DNA of 10,765 nt from an archaeon (GCA_038046625.1 JBBSVV010000029.1:1-10765), one strand, 5' to 3'. Shown: positions 1 through 6,407, counted from the first letter of the stretch. The notes: a model not told the origin generated them from the sequence alone. Numbers and translations: made by a program.

Positions 1-420
1 AAGCGCCGCGAGGAAAACAAGAAAATTGAATGGGTAAGGGATAATGTTTATTGCCGGGTCCCGGTAAATGTAGCCGGAAACAACCACGATGGCAAAAATA
101 ATGAATTCAAGTATGAACACCCTGAACGAGGAGCCCCTTTTGATGCCGCGCCACTCGCGGAAGGGCTTAGTGTAATTGTAGAAATGCATCACACCAAAAA
201 CTATTGCCGCAAAAATGAGCAAGTTGAAAGGGAACTCTATCTGGTTGAACCTGCCGTCAAGGTAAAGCAGTATTGCCGTGACAAGAACAAGCGTCAAAAT
301 GAATTCGGCAACGTACAGCGCGAGCAAAGGAGCGTCGTTTTTCAGGTTGAACGCCCTTTCCTTTGCCTTGTTCTTCAGGAAAAAAGTGGTTTCCCAGCCG
401 AGGCTCTTCTTTAATGGCAT
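1..420 (-). CDS. Hypothetical multi-pass membrane protein with an internal duplicated helical-hairpin repeat; 3' end runs off the window
   Basis: Translated by hand; not in the ORF track. ATG at 420, in-frame TAG two codons upstream, 140 open codons to the edge: MPLKKSLGWETTFFLKNKAKERAFNLKNDAPLLALYVAEFILTLVLVTAILLYLDGRFNQIEFPFNLLIFAAIVFGVMHFYNYTKPFREWRGIKRGSSFRVFILEFIIFAIVVVSGYIYRDPAINIIPYPFNFLVFLAAL. Four hydrophobic segments. Confidence 0.85.
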   Translation of the reverse strand, partial: MPLKKSLGWETTFFLKNKAKERAFNLKNDAPLLALYVAEFILTLVLVTAILLYLDGRFNQIEFPFNLLIFAAIVFGVMHFYNYTKPFREWRGIKRGSSFRVFILEFIIFAIVVVSGYIYRDPAINIIPYPFNFLVFLAAL

Positions 421-449
421 GCACTAAAAAGGGAAAAGGTAGAATAAAA

Positions 450-554
450 GGGTTGCTCACAACCCGGCTCCGTTGAAAATCCCGGCTAAGAGCCGGTTGA
501 ATGCGGGTGTTTTTCGTAAAAGCGGGTAACAAGGGCTAAGCCTTAGCCCGTTGA
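450..554. repeat. Cluster of GC-rich inverted repeats (possible structured RNA or leader)
   Basis: GGGTTG-ctca-CAACCC (450-465), CCGGCT-aag-AGCCGG (482-496), GGGCTAAG-c-CTTAGCCC (533-549); GGCTAAG, CCCGGCT and GTTGA recur. Confidence 0.55.
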
Positions 555-557
555 TAT

Positions 558-597
558 GTTTTTAATAGGGGGAGTATGTAAATAGTATGTAAGTGAT
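558..597 (+). promoter_or_regulatory. Toxin-antitoxin promoter: TATA box, tandem direct-repeat operator, SD
   Basis: TTTTTAATA at 559-567; AGTATGTAA at 573-581 and 584-592 (11-bp period); GTGAT at 593-597 before ATG 602. Confidence 0.6.
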
Positions 598-601
598 TTG
601 A

Positions 602-868
602 ATGTTTGAAAATGTTTGTTCGGTCGGAGAACGCGGGCAGATTACGCTGCCAAAACCTGTGAGGGACGCAAAAGGCATAAGGCCGAAGGACAAGGTGGTA
701 GTGAAAATTGAAGGAGACAGGATAATTGTGGAAAAGGCCATGGGCAAAAAGGAAAAAGAAAAACTCATAAAGGAGTATTACCGGAAATACTCGGAACTGG
801 AAAATAAAATAGCCAAAGAATGGGAACACGCAAGCAAAGAAGCGGATGCGATGCTGGATGATTATTAA
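602..868 (+). CDS. mazE: AbrB/MazE/SpoVT-family antitoxin
   Basis: AbrB signature VGERGQITLPKPVRDAKGIRPKDKVVVKIEGDRIIVEK, charged helical C-terminal tail; overlaps the downstream toxin gene by 11 bp. Confidence 0.88.
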   Translation: MFENVCSVGERGQITLPKPVRDAKGIRPKDKVVVKIEGDRIIVEKAMGKKEKEKLIKEYYRKYSELENKIAKEWEHASKEADAMLDDY

Positions 869-1205
869 GCGCGGAGACATTCTTTTGGCAAAGCTTGACC
901 CCGTGAAAGGCTCCGAACAGGGAAAAACGCGCCCATGCCTAGTGGTACAGGAAGACACTGCAAACCAATACAGCCCGAACACAATTATCGCACCTATAAC
1001 CTCGGCAGTTCCAGACAAGCATTACCCTACGGTCGTTTTGGCCGGGCCAAGAGAATCAGGCTTGCCAAAAGAAAGCGTAATCCTATGCAGCCAAATACGC
1101 ACAATCTCAAAAGAGCACAGAATAATCAAAAAACTCGGTTCACTGAACTCGACAAAAATGAAGGAAGTAAATAAAGCCCTGAAAACAAGTCTGGGACTGG
1201 ACTGA
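858..1205 (+). CDS. mazF: PemK/MazF-family endoribonuclease toxin (EndoA/NdoA-like)
   Basis: MIIKRGDI-x4-LDPVKGSEQGKTRPCLVVQ, IIAPITS, SVILCSQIRTISK. Start moved from 846 to ATG 858 to match the family N-terminus. Confidence 0.95.
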   Translation: MIIKRGDILLAKLDPVKGSEQGKTRPCLVVQEDTANQYSPNTIIAPITSAVPDKHYPTVVLAGPRESGLPKESVILCSQIRTISKEHRIIKKLGSLNSTKMKEVNKALKTSLGLD

Positions 1206-1257
1206 AACACCCTTTCTATTAAGAGCAACTGACAAATAGCCGTTCATTTCTTCGGGG

Positions 1258-1680
1258 TTACTTTATCCCCAGCTCATCATCAATCTCGCGCGCAGTTTTT
1301 TTCATGCGCTCGAAAATCCTTTCAACATCTTCCTGAATTTCTTCTATGGTGCGGTAAACGGATTTTGAGCGCGAGGAATAATAACGCCCGTTGCGCATAA
1401 TCAGCCCCGAGCGCAAAAGATTATTGAGGTGGTTAATCACCGCGCCGCGGCTCATGCCCACGCGCTCTGAAATCGCTGTTGATGTGAGGGCCTCGCCGCT
1501 CTCGGTTCCGCGCACGATTTCACGGAAAATCATTGAAGCGGTTTTTTCGCGGTCAACGGGCTCCAAAAATCCGAGGCTCTGGCAAATCCAGTCCAGCTCG
1601 TCCAAAGGCGCGCTGGAAAAGGGCTTCTCAACCTTCCTTATCACAATCTTGAAAGCCATTCTCTGGGGCAATTGGTCCAT
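1258..1680 (-). CDS. Winged helix-turn-helix (ArsR/TrmB-like) transcriptional regulator, about 140 aa
   Basis: LTSTAISERVGMSRGAVINHLNNLLRSGLIMRNGRYY (HTH plus wing) followed by a long amphipathic helix. Start at ATG 1680 (alternative 1659), about 26 nt from a minus-strand TATA box. The 286-aa track ORF is over-extended antisense to grpE. Confidence 0.85.
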   Translation of the reverse strand: MDQLPQRMAFKIVIRKVEKPFSSAPLDELDWICQSLGFLEPVDREKTASMIFREIVRGTESGEALTSTAISERVGMSRGAVINHLNNLLRSGLIMRNGRYYSSRSKSVYRTIEEIQEDVERIFERMKKTAREIDDELGIK

Positions 1681-1694
1681 GCAAAAAATAGGCC

Positions 1695-1772
1695 GGAAAA
1701 GGTTTAAAAAAGCTTTGATTAAGAAGTAGTGTAATTGTTTAATAGGTTTAGACACAATGTGGTTTTGGTGAG
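1695..1772. promoter_or_regulatory. Divergent promoter region: bidirectional TATA box, imperfect palindrome, grpE SD
   Basis: GGAAAAGG-TTTAAAAA (BRE-TATA, 1695-1710) on +, reading TTTTTAAA on -; TGTTTAA-N5-TTAGACA at 1736-1754; GGTGAG at 1767-1772. Confidence 0.6.
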
Positions 1773-1777
1773 CATTT

Positions 1778-2257
1778 TTGCAGGAAAAAGGCAAAAAAGA
1801 GCACAAAAAAGAGGATAAGGAGGACTCCGGGGCTTTGGCACAGGAATACAAGGAAACCCTGCAGAGGCTGCAGGCGGAGTTCGAGAATTCAAGGAAGCGC
1901 GCGGAGAAAGAGCGGCAGGAGCACGAAAAATTCGCGAATTCCTCGCTTTTGAAGGAATTTTTGCCCCTTGTTGACTCGATTTCGGAAGCTTTGAAGGCCG
2001 CGAAAAAGCACAACCAGAACGCTGAAGCACTGGAGAAAATCGGGGCACAATTGCTGAAAATCCTCGAAAGGAACGGGATAAAGATGATTGAAACCACCGG
2101 CAAAAAATTTGATTTCAATGTGCATGAGTGTTTGCTTACTTCGCATGAAAAGGAAAAAGAGGACGGAATTATTCTGGAGGAGCTCCAGAAGGGTTACATG
2201 CTTAACGGTAAAATATTGAGGCCCGCAAAAGTCCGGGTAAACAAAAAAACGGAGTGA
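1778..2257 (+). CDS. grpE: Nucleotide exchange factor GrpE
   Basis: LQRLQAEFENSRKR, FLPLVDS, FDFNVHEC, QKGYMLNGKILRPAKVRV; TTG start after GGTGAG; directly upstream of dnaK. Confidence 0.96.
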   Translation: MQEKGKKEHKKEDKEDSGALAQEYKETLQRLQAEFENSRKRAEKERQEHEKFANSSLLKEFLPLVDSISEALKAAKKHNQNAEALEKIGAQLLKILERNGIKMIETTGKKFDFNVHECLLTSHEKEKEDGIILEELQKGYMLNGKILRPAKVRVNKKTE

Positions 2258-2263
2258 TGAAAA

Positions 2264-4144
2264 ATGACTAAAACTATTGGGGTGGATCTGGGCACCAGCA
2301 ACTCAGCAGCAGCGATTTTGGAAGGCGGAAAGCCGCGCATAATCCCTTCGGCAGAAGGAAATACTGTTTACGGAAAGGCTTTCCCGAGCGTGGTTGCCTT
2401 TACAAAAGAGGGCGAAATGCTTGTGGGCGAACCCGCAAGAAGGCAAGCAATTTCAAATCCCGAAAATACTTTTTTCGGCTTCAAGAGAAAAATGGGAACG
2501 GATTTCAGGTACAAATCAAGGGGAAAGGAATACACGCCGCAGCAGCTTTCCGCTTACGTGCTCCAGAAAATCAGGAAGGACGCGGAAGCATTCCTCGGGG
2601 AAAAAGTGGAAAAGGCAGTGGTAACTGTTCCGGCTTACTTTGATGATAACCAGAGGCAAGCCACCAAGGACGCGGGAAAAATCGCGGGCCTCGATATTGT
2701 AAGGATAATCAACGAGCCCACGGCGGCGTCACTTGCATACGGTTTGGACAAGAAAAAGCAGAACTACAAAATACTTGTTTTTGATTTAGGCGGGGGAACC
2801 CTGGATGTTACGGTAATGGATTACGAGGAAGGTGTTTTCGAAGTCAGAAGCACTTCCGGAGACACGCAGCTTGGCGGAAGGGACATGGATGAGGCGCTAG
2901 TGAATTACATTCTTGCGGAGTTCAGGAAGAAGGAAGGGTTTGACCTTTCAAAGGACGCAACTGCAATGCAGCGCCTGCATGAGGCCGCAGAGAAGGCAAA
3001 GATTGAGCTTTCAACGGTTGTTGAAACCGAACTCAACCTGCCTTACATCAGCGCGACGCATGAGGGGCCGAAACATTTGCAATTGAAGCTCACGCGCGCA
3101 AAGCTCGAGGAATTGATTGCGCCGATCGTGAAAAAATGTGCAAAGCCGCTGCAGCAGGCGCTTACGGATGCAAAGCTTACTCCCGCGGAAATCAGCAAAA
3201 TTATTCTTGTAGGCGGCCCGACAAGGATGCCTGTTGTCCGGAACTTTGTTGAAAAGGAAATAGGCACCAAGGTCGAGCATGGAGTTGACCCGATGGAGTG
3301 CGTCGCAATGGGCGCAGCCATACAGGCCGGAGTCCTTTCAGGGGAAGTCAAGGACGTTCTCCTTTTGGATGTTACTCCGCTCAGCCTCGGAATAGAAACA
3401 CTTGGCGGCGTATTCACGAAATTGATAGAGAGGAACACTACGATCCCTACAAAAAAGAGCCAGGTTTTTTCAACCGCCTCGGATAACCAACCCGCGGTTG
3501 ACATTCATGTTCTGCAGGGGGAAAGGCAAATGTCTTCCGGCAACAAAACGCTCGGAAGGTTCCAGTTGGTTGGGATTCCCCCTGCGCAGCGCGGAATCCC
3601 CCAGATTGAGGTCACGTTTGACATTGATGCGAATGGCATAGTGAATGTTAACGCAAAGGACCTTGGAACGGGAAAGGAACAGGGCGTGAAAATTGTTGCG
3701 TCGCAGAAATTAAGCGACGAGGAAATAAAGAGGATGCAGCGCGAGGCCGAGGAGCACGCGGAAGAGGACAAAAAGAAGCGCGAGGAAATTGAAACCCTGA
3801 ACAATGCCGAGGCAATGGTTTACTCCACGGAAAAGCTTCTGGAGGAAATGAAGGGCAAGGTTACCGAGGAAAAGCTCTCGGCAATAAAATCGAAGGGCGG
3901 GGAACTCAAAAAGCTTCTTGAGCCCGAGCAGAAGGATATTGATGCAATAAAGAGCAGGCTCGAGGAACTCAACAAGGAAGTTCAGGGCGCTTCAACGGAA
4001 CTGTACAAAAATGCGCAGGAAGAGGCCGCGAAAAAACACGGGAACGGACAAGAAGGCGGCCAAGCGCATAAGGGCAAAAAAGGAAAGAAGGAAGAAGACA
4101 AGGTTGTTGACGCGGAATTCACGGAAGATGACAAAAAGGATTAA
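2264..4144 (+). CDS. dnaK: Hsp70 chaperone DnaK
   Basis: [68 protein letters not shown] (2251-2258) overlaps the grpE stop. Confidence 0.99.
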   Translation: MTKTIGVDLGTSNSAAAILEGGKPRIIPSAEGNTVYGKAFPSVVAFTKEGEMLVGEPARRQAISNPENTFFGFKRKMGTDFRYKSRGKEYTPQQLSAYVLQKIRKDAEAFLGEKVEKAVVTVPAYFDDNQRQATKDAGKIAGLDIVRIINEPTAASLAYGLDKKKQNYKILVFDLGGGTLDVTVMDYEEGVFEVRSTSGDTQLGGRDMDEALVNYILAEFRKKEGFDLSKDATAMQRLHEAAEKAKIELSTVVETELNLPYISATHEGPKHLQLKLTRAKLEELIAPIVKKCAKPLQQALTDAKLTPAEISKIILVGGPTRMPVVRNFVEKEIGTKVEHGVDPMECVAMGAAIQAGVLSGEVKDVLLLDVTPLSLGIETLGGVFTKLIERNTTIPTKKSQVFSTASDNQPAVDIHVLQGERQMSSGNKTLGRFQLVGIPPAQRGIPQIEVTFDIDANGIVNVNAKDLGTGKEQGVKIVASQKLSDEEIKRMQREAEEHAEEDKKKREEIETLNNAEAMVYSTEKLLEEMKGKVTEEKLSAIKSKGGELKKLLEPEQKDIDAIKSRLEELNKEVQGASTELYKNAQEEAAKKHGNGQEGGQAHKGKKGKKEEDKVVDAEFTEDDKKD

Positions 4145-4191
4145 CGCGCGGGAACAATTATTTAAGGCGCTTTCACATTGAGGAATTCTGA

Positions 4192-5334
4192 ATGGCAAAG
4201 GATTACTACGAAATTTTAGGGATCCGGAAAAACGCTTCACAGGAAGACATCAGGCGCGCCTACAAAAAGCTCGCGAAGCAGTTCCATCCGGATGTGAACA
4301 GGGAAAAGGATGCGGAGCAAAAATTCAAGGAAACCCAGCACGCTTACTCTGTTCTTAGTGACGAGGCAAAGCGCAGGAATTATGACCAGTTCGGGCACGA
4401 AGCCGAAAGATTTTCCGGCGCCTCCGGAGCCCGGGGTTTCGAGGGAAATTTCTCGGGCGCGGATTTTGAGGACATTTTCGGGGGCTTTGGTTTCGGCGGG
4501 GGATTTTCCGATTTATTTGGCGAGGCATTCGGCGGCCCGGGAAGGCGCGGGCCCCAAGGGGGCGAGGACATTGCGGTTCGGCTGAACATTTCTTTTGAGG
4601 AGGCCGCATTCGGCGCGGAAAAGCAGCTTGAAATTGACGCGATACAGGAATGCGAACACTGTGAAGGCAGCGGCGCGAGACCGGGAACCAAGGTTGAGGG
4701 GTGCGACAACTGCAACGGCTCGGGCATTGAAAGGCAGACGCGCAGGACATTTATCGGGGTAATCAGCACGCAAAGCACATGCAGGAAATGCCGCGGTTCC
4801 GGGCAAATGTTTTCAAGCCCCTGCCCCGTGTGTTCGGGCAATGGGCGCATGCACAAGCACAAAAAAATAAAGGTGAATGTGCCCGCAGGGGTCAATACCG
4901 GAAACAGTTTGCGCTTGAAGGGCCAGGGGAATGCGGGCGAGCGCGGCGCATCAAAAGGCGACCTGATTGCCGTGATTTATGCCGAGCCGCACGAGGTTTT
5001 CAGGCGTGATGGTTCTGACATTTTCATGGAAGCGCCAATCTCGTTCCCAGAAGCCGCTCTCGGGAGCGAAGTTGAAGTGCCGACATTGAAGGGAAAGGCA
5101 AAACTCAAGATTCCTTCGGGGACGCAGAGCGGAACTATTTTCAGGATGCACGGCAAGGGAATAAAAAAATTGGGCGAAGCGAGCTATGGCGATGAATTCG
5201 TGAAGGCCATTGTGAAAACCCCTGAAAAGGTTTCGAAGAAGCAGCGCGAGCTCCTTGAAAAGCTTGCGGAAGAGGACGAGACCGCGAAGAACCGCAAAGG
5301 ATTCTTCGGCAGGCTCAAGGGAATGTTCGAGTGA
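4192..5334 (+). CDS. dnaJ: Class A J-domain co-chaperone DnaJ
   Basis: J-domain with HPD, G/F-rich region with DIF, four CxxCxGxG repeats (CEHCEGSG, CDNCNGSG, CRKCRGSG, CPVCSGNG), C-terminal substrate-binding domains. Confidence 0.99.
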   Translation: MAKDYYEILGIRKNASQEDIRRAYKKLAKQFHPDVNREKDAEQKFKETQHAYSVLSDEAKRRNYDQFGHEAERFSGASGARGFEGNFSGADFEDIFGGFGFGGGFSDLFGEAFGGPGRRGPQGGEDIAVRLNISFEEAAFGAEKQLEIDAIQECEHCEGSGARPGTKVEGCDNCNGSGIERQTRRTFIGVISTQSTCRKCRGSGQMFSSPCPVCSGNGRMHKHKKIKVNVPAGVNTGNSLRLKGQGNAGERGASKGDLIAVIYAEPHEVFRRDGSDIFMEAPISFPEAALGSEVEVPTLKGKAKLKIPSGTQSGTIFRMHGKGIKKLGEASYGDEFVKAIVKTPEKVSKKQRELLEKLAEEDETAKNRKGFFGRLKGMFE

Positions 5335-5372
5335 AGGCAAAGTTAATTAACCACTAAAGCGTTTCTTGGGTT

Positions 5373-5675
5373 ATGGCGCCATTAAAACCAAGGAGCCCGA
5401 TGAAAGGGCTGGAACTCAGCAAATTCAAAAAGCCAATATCTGAAACAAACATTGCCAGGCTGCACAGGGCAATGTCCAAGGAATATTCCGGCCTGAGCCT
5501 GGATTTTGTGAGGGAAATGGCAAAAAAATATCCGCATGCTTCCGCGCGGGACATTGCACACATAATAGGAATAAGAAGTATGACATCCCATATCTCGAGT
5601 GCTTATAAAAAATCGCCCGAAGCCGGAAAAGGGAAACCTATGGGTTACCCGCCCAATGGCCTGGCCAGCAAGTGA
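5373..5675 (+). CDS. Small basic hypothetical protein, possibly HTH-like
   Basis: 100-aa ORF filling the gap after dnaJ; AAAG-TTAATTAA TATA-like box (5339-5350) about 26 nt upstream of the ATG; segment ASARDIAHIIGI resembles an HTH helix-turn. Confidence 0.65.
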   Translation: MAPLKPRSPMKGLELSKFKKPISETNIARLHRAMSKEYSGLSLDFVREMAKKYPHASARDIAHIIGIRSMTSHISSAYKKSPEAGKGKPMGYPPNGLASK

Positions 5676-5728
5676 GCTGGCCGCGAAACGGAATGGTTTT
5701 TTCGGCAAAATCTGAAACAACCCAAAAC

Positions 5729-5759
5729 AATCCACTGCCTTTAGGCGTGGGTGATTCAC
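5729..5759 (+). mobile_element. Isolated IS200/IS605-superfamily terminal hairpin (remnant; no transposase or nuclease gene)
   Basis: AAT-CCAC-t-GCC-ttta-GGC-GTGG-GTGAT-TCAC: subterminal stem with bulged T, CTTTAG loop and terminal TCAC, matching the familiar end pattern ...CCCACGCCTTTAGGCGTGGGTAGTTCAC. Confidence 0.75.
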
Positions 5760-5825
5760 AGGACTGTTCTAGCGGAAAATTCACGGATGCAAATTCTTTA
5801 TTAATTGGAAAACATTCATTGTTTC

Positions 5826-6374
5826 ATGCGTTTCAAATACCCGAAGCTCGCGCTTCTCGCGCTCGCTTTTCTGCCAAGTTATATGATTGTCACCGCCGGA
5901 TTTTTCCTGCCCGTGAGGGAGGTAATACTTGGCCTTGGATACACCGGCATATTGCTTGGGGGCGCTTTCTTTGTGTACGGTTTTACTGCGGCGCCGGCAA
6001 CCGCCGCACTTTTGATTCTTTCAAAGAGCCAGGACTTGGTTTTTGCCGCGCTCTTGGGCGGAATCGGCTCCCTGATAGGCGATTTGATAATATTCAAGTT
6101 TGTGAGGGCTTCATTCATGGACGAGATAACGGAGCTCAAGGAAGAAAATGTAGTGAAGGCGCTTTCCCGAAGCATTCCGAAGGGCGCGAGAAAATATGTT
6201 CTGCCGATTGTTGCGGGCTTCATAATTGCCTCTCCGCTGCCCGATGAAATAGGGGTTTCGCTTTTGGCTTCATCGGAATCCGTCACAATCAAAAATTTTG
6301 CGATAATATCATACGTGCTTAATACTCTCGGCATATTCCTGATACTTGTTCTGGGGCAGACCATTCTTGCATGA
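5826..6374 (+). CDS. DedA/VTT (SNARE-associated)-like integral membrane protein
   Basis: Several hydrophobic segments; GSLIGDLIIFKFVR and ASPLPDE motifs; ATG 5826 preferred over TTG 5805 because TTTATTAA (5797-5804) lies about 25 nt upstream. Confidence 0.75.
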   Translation: MRFKYPKLALLALAFLPSYMIVTAGFFLPVREVILGLGYTGILLGGAFFVYGFTAAPATAALLILSKSQDLVFAALLGGIGSLIGDLIIFKFVRASFMDEITELKEENVVKALSRSIPKGARKYVLPIVAGFIIASPLPDEIGVSLLASSESVTIKNFAIISYVLNTLGIFLILVLGQTILA

Positions 6375-6389
6375 GGGCGCAAACACCCT

Positions 6390-6407
6390 GAAAAAGCCCT
6401 TTTAAGC
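6390..6407 (+). promoter_or_regulatory. Putative BRE-TATA promoter upstream of the valS leader
   Basis: GAAAAAGCCC-TTTTAAGC; expected start near 6430. Confidence 0.45.

Noticed and set aside
450..557. CRISPR array, HDV-like ribozyme or tRNA
   Set aside because: Units are unequal and irregularly spaced, with no cas genes; only about 14 nt lie between the would-be P2 and GCUAA, too short for an HDV fold; no cloverleaf or T-loop.
573..592. UACAU (EndoA cleavage motif) on the reverse strand of the operator repeats, and UACAU avoidance in the window
   Set aside because: Probably not transcribed on that strand; TACAT occurs in grpE, dnaK, valS and bud32; the specificity of this toxin is unknown.
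184..1228. Track ORFs 184-414, 257-532, 536-1018, 562-768, 935-1174 and 1022-1228
   Set aside because: Shadow frames of the membrane gene and the TA pair; no motifs.
1681..2118. N-terminal half of the 286-aa minus-strand ORF
   Set aside because: Antisense to grpE and spans the promoter region; protein-like sequence starts only at ATG 1680.
2394..5340. Alternative-frame and antisense ORFs inside dnaK and dnaJ
   Set aside because: Overlap well-supported genes; open antisense frames are common in such genes.
5673..5675. TGA recoding or an alternative genetic code
   Set aside because: TGA ends mazF, grpE, dnaJ, bud32 and rps15 at their expected C-termini; no selenoprotein context or recognisable SECIS.
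5382..5759. Minus-strand ORF beginning MNHPRLKAVD
   Set aside because: Its start is the translated reverse complement of the IS200/IS605 end, a common source of spurious ORFs.
5760..5779. An in-window target for the putative guide
   Set aside because: By eye only short matches of about 6 nt (e.g. AGGACT near 1822); not significant.
5672..6382. ORFs 5672-6247 (+) and 5879-6382 (-)
   Set aside because: Overlap the DedA-like gene; the + ORF also runs through the IS end; no motifs.
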